A stretch of 64,000 nt of DNA from an uncultured Verrucomicrobiae bacterium (GTDB taxonomy: Bacteria > Verrucomicrobiota > Verrucomicrobiia > Chthoniobacterales > UBA10450): contig CAWFGO010000001.1 in the NCBI GenBank assembly GCA_963815455.1, positions 608,001 to 672,000 of the forward strand, in the 5' to 3' direction. The position numbers were made by a program, and so were the translations under genes. The number at the start of each line of letters is the position of its first letter. Positions within the stretch are counted from its first letter, which is position 1. Below, one piece after another: positions 41,838 through 54,700 of this stretch. The notes under the pieces are model-generated. The model did no database searches and had not been told where the DNA came from. It saw only the letters and a program-made list of their open reading frames with translations.

Positions 41838-42888
41838 GTGATCGCAAGTGGGTTAGAACTTCGCGAATTGCTGAGGCGAATCGAGCCGGCCGATCGCATC
41901 GCGGTCGATACCGAAGCGGACAGTCTCCATTGTTATCGGGAGAAACTTTGCTTGTTGCAGATCAGCGTTGCGGGCGGCGATTTTATTGTCGATCCGCTGG
42001 CCGATGTCGATCTTGCGCCGTTGCGGGACGGCGTTGGAACCGAAGGAAATCGTCTTGCAAGGCGCGGACTTCGATCTGCGGATGCTGCGCCGTGGTTTGA
42101 ATTTCAATGCCAGCAAAGTTTTCGACACCGTGATCGCGGCGCGGCTGCTTGGTATCCGCGAGTTCAGCCTGGCGGCGCTGGTGAAAAAATATTTCGATGT
42201 CGATCTTCCGAAAGGCTCGCAAAAGGCGAACTGGGCGCAACGGCCCCTGCCGGCGCGCATGGCGGAGTACGCGATGAACGACACGCGTTACCTCCTGCCA
42301 CTCGCTGAAAAATTGGAAGCGGAGCTGGATAGACATCGGCGTCTGGAATGGTTCCGGCAATCGTGCGAGCGCGCGATTGAGCAGGCAGCAGTAAAACGCG
42401 AACGGGATGAGGACGAAGCGTGGCGAGTTCGCGGCTCAGGCGCATTACGGGGCCGGGCGACACCGGTCTTGCGCGCGCTTTGGCAATGGCGGGAAAAAGA
42501 AGCGGAGGCGGCCGATCGTCCGGCGTTTCACATTTTGCAAAATCATGAGTTGTTGCACTCGGCGGAAAGTTTTGCCGCCGGCAAGGTGCCCGATTACCGG
42601 CATTTTTCCGAGCGACGCCGGCTCGCTTTTCGCCACGCGGCCGAGCGCGCGTTGGAATTGCCGGAGGACCGCTGGCCCGTCTCACGACGCCGTTTTGGAA
42701 CACGGCCCTCGGCGGAAACAGTGCGCCGGACCGAGCAACTGCGACAAAAGCGCGACCACGCGGCAAGGGAGTTGAAGGTGGAGCCGGCGTTTGTGGCGCC
42801 CCGGGCCGCGCTGGAAGCGATCGCAACGGACATTAAGAGCGCGGAAAAACTGCTGGTGCCGTGGCAGCGAGAGCTGCTCGGCCTGTAG
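41838..42888 (+). CDS. rnd: Ribonuclease D (3'-5' exonuclease + HRDC), frameshift near 42030
   Basis: AVDTEADS, LCLLQIS, FDLRML, FDT.IAARLLG, W..RPL...YA.ND..YL and WRE..A...DRP. Confidence 0.85.
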
Positions 42889-43379
42889 AATCCCCTGGCC
42901 GGAGTTTTCCACGAGCAAGGTCTAACAGAAGGAAACGAAGGGAAGGCAACGTTCTGTTGTAGCCACGGCGCTGCGCTGCCGTGCATCCGCGTAACAAGAC
43001 GCTGGGAACGCCTCGACGCAGCGAGGCGGCTACAGAAAAGCGTCTTTTACAGAAGGCAACGAAGGAATCGACCGCGGATTACGCGGATAGCGCGGATGCT
43101 TTGTTTTCTGTGTTGTAGTCACGGCGCTGCGTCGCCGTGCATCTGCTAACAAGACACTGGGAACGCCTCGACAGAGCGAGGCGGCTGCAGGCGAGGCCTT
43201 TACAGAAGGAAACGAAGGTAAGGGAGGAAGACGAAGACCGAGCGCGGATGACGCCGATGAGAGAGCGTCCGGTTATTCCCCTTGGTTATCCTCTGTATAA
43301 AATCCCGATAAAAGCTTGACCCGGCAGGGCCGATGCCTCAAAAAAGCGCCCGGAATTACGGGCCCGAGGGCCAGGCATC

Positions 43380-44201
43380 ATGAATCGTTATCTTTGTGTC
43401 TTTGCGTTGTCGTCGCTAGCGATCTCGCTTTTCGACGCGAAGGCCGGCTCTATGACGGAGGCCCGGGTGACGCAGACATCCAACGATGTGCAATTGATCG
43501 GTCCGGAGGCAGCGCCTCATCCGGTATCGGTGAACAACAAACTCGCCGCGAAAACAATCATTCGCACCGGCACCGATTCGCGGGCCGAAGTTACTTTCCC
43601 AGATCAAACCGTGGTGCGTCTCGCAGCCGATACCTCGTTCAATTTCGACAATGGCGGGCGCGATTTAAATTTGGAAAAAGGCGCGGTGCTGGTGCAGCTG
43701 CCAAAGCGCGCGCGCGGCACAAAGATGCACGCCGGCGCGGTGACGGCTGCAGGCGCGGGCACGACCGCGATGCTCGAGTATGCCCCGGGCGTTTGTAAAT
43801 TTCTGGTGTTGCAGGGAACCGGCCGGTTGTACCGCCCCAAACATCTGGGCGATTCTGTTCTGGTTAAGCCGGGCCAGATGATCATTGGCAACCCGGATAA
43901 TGCCTTGAGCGATCCGGTGGATTTCGATATCGACCGGTTCGTGAAAACGAGCCGGTTCATTGTCGATCTTCCTCCTTTGCGTAGCGAGCAGGCGATTGCT
44001 TCGGAAACCCGGAAGCAGGCCCGCGACAAATCGAAAAAAATCCTGATCGATACCAACCTGGTGATTTTCGGCGGCGGAACAATGGTCTCACTGGTTGACC
44101 CGACCAAGCTGGACTTGGGCGACGTCAGAACAGCCGAGTCCCCCACTCCAACTCCAAGCCCGAGTCCCGAAACGGTGGAACTTTTCTCAGCAGCGAAATG
44201 A
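43380..44201 (+). CDS. Exported FecR-domain protein 1
   Basis: Signal peptide; EARVT, RTGTDSRAEVTFPDQTVVRL, LEKGAVL and AGTT. Confidence 0.85.
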   Translation: MNRYLCVFALSSLAISLFDAKAGSMTEARVTQTSNDVQLIGPEAAPHPVSVNNKLAAKTIIRTGTDSRAEVTFPDQTVVRLAADTSFNFDNGGRDLNLEKGAVLVQLPKRARGTKMHAGAVTAAGAGTTAMLEYAPGVCKFLVLQGTGRLYRPKHLGDSVLVKPGQMIIGNPDNALSDPVDFDIDRFVKTSRFIVDLPPLRSEQAIASETRKQARDKSKKILIDTNLVIFGGGTMVSLVDPTKLDLGDVRTAESPTPTPSPSPETVELFSAAK

Positions 44202-47200
44202 AGATGAAAGGAACGTTTGCGAATTTCCGGACCGGCGTGCCGGTGACGCTCTGTTTTGTGGTGATGGCTTTGGGCGCCGGAAAACCGGTTGCGCTGGCCG
44301 CCCCGTTGGAAGAAGCGCGCGTCTCTCGAGTGATTCAGGATGTGCGCTTGCTGGGATCGAATGCCGCACCGCGACCGGCAGCGGTGAACGACGATGTCAA
44401 ACAGGGAACGGCCGTGCGCACTGGGGTCGATTCGCGCGCGGAATTGACCTTCACCGATCAAACGATCACCCGGCTGGGCCAAAATACTGTGTTCAGTATC
44501 AGGGGCGGCACTCGCGAAGTGACTCTGGATAGCGGGGCCATTCTTGTGCAGGTCCCCCACGGCGGCGAGCCCGCGCAAATTCGCACCGCGGCAGTCACGG
44601 CCTCCATCAGTGGCGGCACGGCCATGTTTTCATCGAACCCGAATTTTCCCAAGAAATTACTCGTGCTCGAAGGTCTTGGACATTTTTGCCGGGAACGTCC
44701 GCCGGGGGAAAGACAGCGGCCGGAAGACTGCGTCGATGTGCCCGCCGGGCAAATGGTGATGATGCTGCCCGATGGGAGCATTACCAAGCCCACAAAGTTC
44801 GATGCCAAGCTGGTTTTCACCACCGCGCATCTGCTGACCGATTTTCCGCCGCTGGCCAATGAGTATTTGATTCTGCAAGTGATCGACGAACAGGAGGGCG
44901 GCGCCGGGGCCGGGGCGACCCCAACGCCACCGCCGGATGACATCGATGACATCGACCAACGCGACGCCGCTTCGCCGACACCGAGCCCGACATCGACGGC
45001 AAGTTCAACACCTACTCCAACGCCAAGCTCGACTCCAACTCCGACACCAAGTTCGACGCCAACTCCTACACCGAGCTCGACTCCCACTCCGACACCGAGC
45101 GCGACTCCTACTCCGACACCGAGCGCGACTCCTACTCCGACGCCGAGCGCGACCCCAACACCGACAGCAACGCCAAGCGCAACCCCAACACCGACCGGCA
45201 CGCCGAGCAAGTACGGCACGCCCACTACAATTTCGTCGCCCGATCCTTACGTGATCGATTCCAACACCGTGATCTCGACCGATCCGGCGATTACGAACGG
45301 GGACCAAACCGATTATGGGAAGATTTATCGCGGCCGCGAAATCGACGGAGCGTTCTCGCTCTGGGCGTTTGGATCGACATCGGCGTTCGACACGTCCAGC
45401 GGATTCGACGATGAGATCGACAGTTCGGGCGCGGTTTTCAAGTTTAGCAATCTGATTCTGCAAGGCGACCCGGTTATCAACACGGAGGGCGGCGAAGTTA
45501 ATCTCGGGCTGGTCGCCGTGAATAGCATCATGATTGCGCCGGCCGGTGGCCTTCAAGGCAACCTTGTTCTCACTTTCGCCGGTCTGGATGGTCTGTTGTT
45601 CGCCACTGTAAACGGGCCGATCACAGTCGCGCCGAATGTCGATTTCACGGGGCTCCGGGACCTCATATTTTATGCGCGCGGAGCGACCAGCGATCTCACT
45701 CTGGATGGCAGCTTCGACACCATGCACAAGCTCAGCTTGTATGCCGAGCGCGACATTCTCGGCACCGGTTCGTTCCAATCCGAAAAGATCTACGCCGTCG
45801 CCGGCCGCGATATTTCGCTCGACACCGGTTACGCGATCGAAGGCATCACGATGTATTTCAGGGCCGGAAACAATCTCATACTCGACGGGTTCGACAGCTC
45901 TGACACGGTCGAAAACTCAAGCGGCAACGTCTCATTCATTGCCGGCAACGACATTAACATCCCGGGCGGTCTTTACCTCGATCGCTACAACGGCGGCATC
46001 GACAGCGGACTTAATTTCACGATGGATGCCGGCCACGATATCAACACGGCGAACATCGATGTTTACACCGATACCGGAAACATCGATGGCGGGAATCTTT
46101 TGGTCACCGCGGGTCACGACATCATGGTAGCCAAACGGAATTTCGCTGGAAACGAATGCTGTCAGCGGCAGTGGCGGCGGAAATGCCGGCCGCGCTGATG
46201 GCCCCGCGCTCAAACGGCGCGAACGTCACTCTTCATGCCGGCAACGATATCGTGACGTCGGATATTTATGCGGTCAACGAACCTTAACGAATTGTTCTTT
46301 GATCAAGGCGGAAACATTGCACGTTTCAGCTGACAGAAACATCCAAACGACCAGCGGAGGAATTTCCCTTGGCGTCCAATTTTACGACGGCGCTTCCATC
46401 GGCACAGGTGGCAACATCGGCCTGACCGCGGGCGGGGATATAAATATCGCGGGCGATTTCGATGCTGAAATTGACGGTTCCAATGACGGCCACATCACTG
46501 AAGGCGGCAATCTGAGCGTAATGATTGATGGCGGGCTGACCGCTACCGGCCGGATCTCGCCTGTGATCGACATCGACAGCGGCGGCAGCATTACCACCGG
46601 TGGAAATATCGATTTCCAGATCGGCACTGATTTGAATGCTGATTCATTCCTCCCTGTAATCGACACCGATTCCAGCGGCACGATCGGCACCGGCGGAAAC
46701 ATTTCGTTGAATGTCACCGGGAACGCACAAGTGGCTCAAATCTCGGCCGTGATTGATAACGACACGTTTGGGAACATCGGCATGGGCGGCAGTATCACGG
46801 GCATGGTTGGCGGAAATCTCACAAGTTCGACGGTCAATCTGGACATCGACAACAGCTTCGGCGGTCAAATTGGCACCGGCGGAAACATTTCGCTCACGGT
46901 GGGCGGCAATCTGACTACCGGCGGTGGAGCCGTCGACGCAGCTGGCCCGGTTCTCAGACCCGGCAGCGACGTCCTTGTCCCCAGTGGTTCGCAGCCAGAT
47001 CTCCAACTCACCCTGCAAAACACGAACGGCAACATCGACACCGGCGGCAATATCACCTTGATGGTGGGTGGCAAGGGGACCGGCGACGTTCATGCCAATG
47101 CCTTCGCCTTATATCTCCAGAACTACGATGAGACAGCTAATGCTGCCGGACATATCGGCACTGGAGGAAATATCAACGTCCAGATCGGGGGCAACCTAAC

Positions 47201-50200
47201 GACTGATTCCTATCTCGATGTTTTCCTGAACAATCGCGGCGGCGGAATGATCGATTCGGGCGGGAATTTGACCTTCAACATTGGCGGGGCCTTGACCGTT
47301 GGCGCCGATGAGACGGGGTTCAGCTCTGAGTTTATTGTCGGGAATCGATATGTTGACAGCGGGGGAAACACCAGCGGCTCAAGCATTGGCTCGAACGTAT
47401 CGGTCTATGTCCATGCGGCCAGCGTCAGCATGGACGGGATCATCTACGGTTGCGGCATCAGCAATCGCAGCAGCGTTATCAGCGGGAACGCTACCGTCAC
47501 CTGGGATGTTCCCGGTGACGTAACAATTCAGGGTACGGCCAATATATTTGGGAGTTCTGGAGCTGCCTGGTTCGTACTCAATGACATTCCGTCCGATTAT
47601 CAATTCACGCCGCCATCGGGCGGCACCATTCATGGAGACGCAACGGTAACCGTGAACACCGGTGGCGACTTGAGCGTTACCGGCAATGCCGCCGCTTACA
47701 TCGATCAGTTCCGCCGGAGCGGATTGCCCGATCTGAACGGCGGCACGATCGACGGCAATGCCGCGGTGAACATTACCGCCGCGAACATTTCGATCGGGGA
47801 CGATAAGACCACTTCGAATTTCGACGTTTACATCGGCAACCAGAGAAATGGTCCTGGCCCCGGCACGGCCGGAAGCATCGGCAGCGATGCCACGATTCAA
47901 CTCTCCGTCGCAAACAATCTTTCGACGACCGGTTATCTCGATACGGAGATCGACAACTACAACGGCGGGATAATTAATGGCAATGCAAGCGTCAGCGTGT
48001 CGGCAGGGATGGCCGCCCGCGGTCGCGGCGGATTGCTTACGCCTGGGATCTCGATCGGCTCCGATGCAATTTTCGGAATTTATAATTTTGGCGGCGGGAA
48101 CATTGATGGGACCGCCACGGTCACGGTCGATGCCGCGGATATTTCGGTGGGTGGAGATCTGTCCGCCGAAATCACGAACAGCGGCGGCACGATTGGCGAT
48201 GACGCCGAGATTAATTTCAATATCGCCGGCGATCTCGTAACCGAGAACAGTGCGAACTTTTTTCTCGTCAACTCCGACGGGGGCCATATTGCAGGTAACG
48301 CGACCGTCAATGCTCTTGCCTCCGGCGGAATAAACGGTGGCAATGGCGCCTTCTTCGCAATCATAAACGACGATTCTGACGGCAAGACGCTCGGTGGGAC
48401 AATAGTCGGTGATGCGCTGGTCCACGTCACTGCCGATCATCTCTCCACTGAAACCTTGGATGAGAATGACTTTAACTTGTTTGGGACCATCCATAACTCC
48501 GGTGGCAGCATTGGGGGGAATTCCAAGGTCATGTTTGATATTTCCGGCGCGATCACTACAGCCGGGCGCGCATCGTTCGATATTCTAAACTTCAACGATG
48601 GTGGTGAAAATGGCGGAGGTATGATTGGTGGAAATGCCACCGTGAATGTCAACGCTGGGGCTCTTTCAATCGACGGCGAGCTTCTTGCGAAGATCATCAA
48701 CAACGGCGGGACCATCGACGGGAACGCTGCCATCAGCATCAATGCCTTAAACTCCGGCGGGAAGAAGCGCAGGGCTTCTACGGGCAACATCGACATCCTC
48801 GATGCGGCAACAATCCAAATCTTGAACAGCGGCGAAGGAAGTCAGATCGGCGGCAACGCGTCTATTTCAGTCACAACTGGGGGAGACTTTCACGCGGGTT
48901 CGCTGGATGCGTTGATCGACAATACAAGCGGCGGATTGGTCAAGTCGGCGAGCATCAATTTCAACATTGGCGGCGCCCTAACGACCGACGGGGATGCCAG
49001 CTTCGTGATCGATGGCAGCACCCCAAAATCGAGTAAGCGGCCTGGAAAGGAACCTGTGCCGATGATTCTTGTCGACACCGGCTCGATCGATGTGGGTGGT
49101 TCGCTCACGGCAAACATCCGAGACGACGGCGGCAAGTTTATTTCAGAGGGGAACGTATCCGTTCATGCCGACACCGACATCATGGTCGGCGGCGATTTGA
49201 ACACGTGGGGCAGCGTCACTGCCGGTAACAACATTTCCGTGGGCGGCGTTGTCTATGTTCCAACCGAAGTTACAGCCACTAACGGATCGGTCTCGATCGT
49301 TGGCGGCGCGTTCGTATTTGAGATTTCGGCCGGAACCGACGTCAACATCGGCGGAGGAGCAGATTCGGCGTTCCTGCTTGTGAACGATCTGACTGCCGGG
49401 AATGCCCTGAACCTGATGGATGTTTCACTGATTCAGCCTGAAAGCGCAAGCAGTGACGGCAGCGTCGGGTTCACTCCCGATGATATGACCGTGACCGTGA
49501 ATTCGATCGTAACCACTGGGCCTACCATCCCGTTCCTTCCGTCTAACGGTTCCGATGCCGATTCGAATTTTGGAAACGATAATCCGGGCAACGGCGGCAA
49601 AGTCACTCTCAACATCAACGCCGGTGGCCTGACGATCGGGTCGGGCGGCCAGATAAACTACATCGCAGCCAACGGCGGTAATTACGCAACCGATTCCACC
49701 GCTGGTGGTGGTGGCGGCACGGTAAACATTAATGCCACGGGAGACGTTACGCTGAACGACGGCGACAATGAAACGCCCGCCATTACGACCTACACCGGCC
49801 TGATTCCCGACGGCGGGCCGTTCATCCTCGGCGATGGCGGTGCAGTAACCATCAACAGCGGCGGAACAGTGACGGTTAATTCCACTGTGATCGTTTCGTC
49901 TAACGATGTCTTTAAGGCCGCGCCAGACGAGACCCCGCCACCATATCGTGCCAGCTCGAACGGCGGAAACATCACGATCAATAGCACCAAGACCTCGGGC
50001 CAGGCGATCAACGTCACGAGCTCGGGCCAATTGCTCTCGTTATTGAACGGGGCTGCACCTGGACCGGGTGGAAAGATCTTGTTGCACGCAACCAATCCGA
50101 AAACGAAGCGGAACGGTCGCCCGAATGGTGGAAACAACAGCACCATCGACATCGACAATGGAAACGGCGAGCCCGGCGCGATCATTGCCGATCGCGGCAC

Positions 50201-50753
50201 GGTCGAAATTCGCCACGAAGGAATCGATGGCGCGATCAACATCAACAATGCCTACATTTTCGCCGATATCGTTAAGATCGGCGCGCTCGGCACGAACGGC
50301 ACCTTGACCATCGGCGGCGGTTTGATCTCGGCCGACAGCCAGTTGAAGCTCTATGCCGGCGGCAGCAACGGCACGATCCACTTCATTGCGAATGTGACCC
50401 TGTCCAGTCCGGTAAATATTCTCGCCGCTGATACGGTTCACATCGACATGGGTGTCACCGTCTTTATCGACAATCCGAACAAAACACCCGCCGACGTTTA
50501 CACCAACCATGCCGAATATGGCATCGCCGGAACGGGTGATTTCGGGGGTGCCGGGGCGAATACCCACTCTTTGACCGAGGCACCGCCATTTGACGACACA
50601 GTTGCTCGGGCAGGACGCCATCGTCACCGCGCGGCATCGCAGACGACGGCCGCGGCGCCGTTCCGCCAGCGCGTGGTGCCCTCAATTGAAAACGGCACGG
50701 TTACTCCGACTCGGATTCGTGAGTCCGTCTCCAACTCCATTCCACGGCGATGA
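44198..50753 (+). CDS. Giant FecR-domain + PT linker + beta-helix-like passenger protein (single-base shifts at 46130-46320)
   Basis: RTGVDSRAELTFTDQTITRLG; Gly/Asn/Ile repeats (IGTGGNI..VGGNL); ORFs 44198-46198 and 46299-50753 join after removing about 4 extra bases. Confidence 0.8.
44970..45210 (+). repeat. 24-bp coding tandem repeat (PSSTPTPT/PSATPTPT linker)
   Basis: ccgagcgcgactcctactccgaca-like units. Confidence 0.85.
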
Positions 50754-51772
50754 ATAGTAACAGCTTGACCCAGAAAATGAATAGCCTCAAAAAGAGGACC
50801 CCGCGTATGAGCCGTCGCTGTCCATTTCCCCGGTTGGTCCTCGCGATGACGCTGTATATGTCGATCTTGCTGGGTCTAGCCGGCCGAGGTTTTGGCCAGG
50901 AAGTCGAGGCCGATCAGGCCGCCCTGACCCGCAGCCAGGCCCCGTCGCAATTCGGCACCAATGCGCCGCCGACCGGTGTTATCGACGGGCATGCCGTGCC
51001 GACTCCGAACGATTCCGACCTTGGCGAACAGCAAATTCTCAAACGAGCAGAAGGATATCAGCCGTTCACCGTGTCGGCGGGCACGCCTTTCTATTGGACG
51101 TCCAACGTTGCCCTCAGCAACAGCGGCGAAATGGACGATTTCATCATCGCGCCGACAGCTTCTGTGTTCTACGAGCCGCGTTTTACTCCCACGTTTTACG
51201 GTCTGGTCGGCGTCCGTGAGCAGTTGTTTTATTACGATCGATTCGACGGCTTCGATTTTGGAAGCTTCGATTTCGAAATCGGATTCCGATATCTGCTGCC
51301 TCAGTGTCATAATCTGCTTCTCCGCTTCGAGTACGATTACAATCGCCTGACCAAGAAGGACAGCTTCGACGATTTCTATTCGAACCACGTCTTTATCGCC
51401 AGCGCGGACATTCCTTTCCGCTTCGGGCGGGCCCAGCAGGTTTCAATCGGCGCAGATGCGAATATCAGTGCCACGGCCTGGCCGGAAGCTCCCCGCCGCA
51501 ACGATTACGAAGTTTACCTCAGTTATTCGGCGAACCTTACCCGCGCATTTTCGATCAACGCCTCGGGCCGTATTGCCGTGCGTGATTATTATCATCAAGA
51601 CTCGCGCGTCGATGTAAGTGAGATCCTCGCGCTGAGCGCAAATTACCGCATAACCAACTTTCTTAGCGCCGGGGCGATCGGCACTCTTGCGGCCAGCCAG
51701 TCTAACCACGGTGTTTTTGATTACGAAGTAGCGAACGTAGGCGGGGTCGTGTCGCTATGGATAAAGTTCTAA
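50750..51772 (+). CDS. Outer-membrane beta-barrel protein
   Basis: Signal peptide (possible start 50808), alternating aromatic beta strands, C-terminal VSLWIKF beta-signal. Confidence 0.8.
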   Translation: MNSNSLTQKMNSLKKRTPRMSRRCPFPRLVLAMTLYMSILLGLAGRGFGQEVEADQAALTRSQAPSQFGTNAPPTGVIDGHAVPTPNDSDLGEQQILKRAEGYQPFTVSAGTPFYWTSNVALSNSGEMDDFIIAPTASVFYEPRFTPTFYGLVGVREQLFYYDRFDGFDFGSFDFEIGFRYLLPQCHNLLLRFEYDYNRLTKKDSFDDFYSNHVFIASADIPFRFGRAQQVSIGADANISATAWPEAPRRNDYEVYLSYSANLTRAFSINASGRIAVRDYYHQDSRVDVSEILALSANYRITNFLSAGAIGTLAASQSNHGVFDYEVANVGGVVSLWIKF

Positions 51773-54700
51773 AGAACTGCTCGGTAGGCCCGGGCTTCGC
51801 CCGATTCCGGGCGCGGAGGGAGTTTCTGTGGCTGCTGGTCGCTTTGTCGCTGGGTACGCCCAGCAGACCGGTTTTGGCCGAGCAACTGAGCGAGGCCCAG
51901 ATCACTCGAATCATCAAGAAAGTAGAAATGCTTCCCGAGCAGGCCGCGGCGCGTCCGGCCCTTCTGAAGGATACTGTCCGCGGCGGAACGGCCGTGCGTA
52001 CCGGGACGGAGTCACGCACCGAGCTTACCTTTACCGATCAAACGCTCACCCGTCTGGGTGCGAACACGACCTTCACTTTCAATGAAGGGAGTCGCAATAT
52101 CGATCTCGGCGTCGGCGCAATGCTTTTGTACGTGCCCAAGAATAGCGGCGGCGCCAAAATTTCAACCGCAGCCGTGACCGCGGCGATTACCGGCACGACC
52201 GTTCTGATTGAGGCGCATGCCGGCGGGGGGGGGAAGAACCGATCGCCGTTCGGCGCAAGACGAAGAGGCAGAGCATGTCCAGTTTGGGTTGGTGACCCGC
52301 AATCCGACGCCGGCCAACCCGAAGGAGCGAAATGACTATTTCAAATTCATCAGCCTGGAAGGCATCGCCAGCGTCTTTCTCAATAGTCAGCCCGGCGAAA
52401 CGGTCGCTATTCATCCCGGGGAAATGCTCATTGTTCCGGCGAACGCCACGAGGCTGCCAAAACCGGTTACGATCGATCTAAAAAAACTGGTCGAGACCAG
52501 CCTGCTGTTCACGGATTTTGAGCCGCTCGCAAGCGAGCCGTTGATCGCGGAAGAAATTCGAAAGCAGCAGGGCGAAGGCGTCGAAGAGGAGGTTACCGTC
52601 GATAACGATCCCACATCAGGCGACGTGATCGACCAGGCTTTTTCAGCGTTTCCGCCGGTCCCACTTCCACCTGGCCCGACCGGTACGACGATTACCTATC
52701 TTGGCCTTCCCGGTGGAATCTGGAGTTCTCCGGCCAGTTGGACTCCGGCCATCGTGCCCAATAATAGCGGTGGCAAAGCTTACACCGCCATCATCAACAG
52801 CGGAATGCTCACCCAGGACATCGTGGCCGGCGTAATCATTCAACAGTTGCAAATGAACGGCGGAACACTGGTGTTGACCAATCCGCTCACGTTGAACACC
52901 GGGCTGCAATTTACCGGGGGAACCTTTATCGGCGGCAATCTCTTTATTGCCGGAACCAGCACGCAGGCCACGACGATGACCCTTCAGAACGTGATGCTGA
53001 ACAACAGCGGGGCCTACAATATTACAATCAACTCGGGCTTTGCCTTCAATGGAGCGGGATCCAATTTCATCAACTCTGGCACGCTGAGAAAAGCCGACGG
53101 CGGGATGGAGGAGGTGTTTTTCGATATCCCGATCACGAATACGGGCACCGTGTCCGTGCCAACTGGCGCTTTTACATTTAGCGGCGGGGGAACGAACTCC
53201 GGTACGTTCTCAGCCGCGGCGGGCGGATTTCTGCGGATTGATGGCAACTTTACGTTCGACGCGACTTCCAATGTGACCGGCGCCGGTACCATCAACTTCC
53301 TCTCCGGCACGACCAATATCGCGGGCGGCTACAATGTCACCGGCCAAACCAACTTTTCCGGCGCCACCGTCAACTTTAACAGCCCTATCACCAGCCTCGG
53401 TGCGGTTATGATCGACAGTGGCGCGGTGAACTTTAATTCTACCGATGTCACCGCGTCATCGATCACCTTCCTCGGCGGCACTATGGGCGGGACCGCCCCA
53501 AACGTGAACTCGACAGGTCTGTTCACCTGGACGAGCGGCACCTTCAGCGGCGCAGGAGCGATCAATGGCAATGGCGGGATTCTCCTAAACAACGCGCAGG
53601 TCTTCCTGAATCAGCGCACTCTCAACAACGCTCTCGGCCAGACGGCCACCATGAGCAATTTTTCGCAGATCCTTTTCCAAAACGGCGCCGTGATAAACAA
53701 CAACGGCCTGTTCCTCGTCCAAACCAACACCGCCGCCGATGGATTCTTTTATAATAGTGGCGCCGATGGCACTTTTAATAACAACGGCACCTTCACCCGT
53801 AACACCGGGGCGACCTCTTTCGTCGTCACGCCGCAAGTGGCCTTTAACAACGCCGGCACGGTCAACGCCAATAGCGGCACCCTGGTTTTCAACGGTGGCT
53901 ACACCCAAACGGCTGGCACGACGCAGTTGGGCGGCGGCGATATCTCGTCCACTAGCGCGCTGCAAATTCAGGGTGGGCTGCTCACCGGGTCCGGTAATAT
54001 CTTCGCCTCGATTAACAGCAGCGCCACCATCAGGCCGAGCCTCGGCGGCAGCGGTCTCGTCGTCAACGGCAACGTCGCATTAATGACCGGTTCAGATCTC
54101 AGCTTTCAGATCGGCGGACTGACCCAGGGAAGCCAATATAGCTTTCTCAATGTGAGCGGAATGGTCGGCCTCGACGGTAATCTCGTTCTTTCCTTCGCCA
54201 ACGGTTTTCAGAATTCCGTGGCTCCCGGCGATGCGTTCACCATCGCGACGGCCACGGGCGGCGTGACCGGAATCTTTGCCAACGTCGCTTCCGGGGCCCG
54301 GCTCGATACCACCGACGGATTCGGCTCGTTCCAGGTTGATTACACCGGCAACAACATCGTGCTCTCCAATTTCATGCCGCCCGCGGTCGTGATCACCGAA
54401 GCAACGTGGACCGGCGGGGCCGGCAACTGGAGCACCCCGCCCAATTGGGACATCGATCCGAACTTTCCTAACAACGGCCAGCCCAACCCGGGCGATCTCT
54501 ACAATGCGACGCTGAACAATGGCGGCACGATCACGCTCGACATTCCAATCACGATCCAAAATTTCACGCTTGGTGCCGGCACGGTTACCGGCGCCAATTC
54601 GTTAACGATCAATCAGGTTTTTACCTGGAACGGGGGGACGCTGGCCGGCGGAGGCGTTTTCAACGCTAACGGCGGGATCAGTATGGCTGGCGGCAGCCAG

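Noticed and set aside
44458..45225. Antisense GVGVGV-rich ORF
   Set aside because: Mirror of the PT linker on the coding strand
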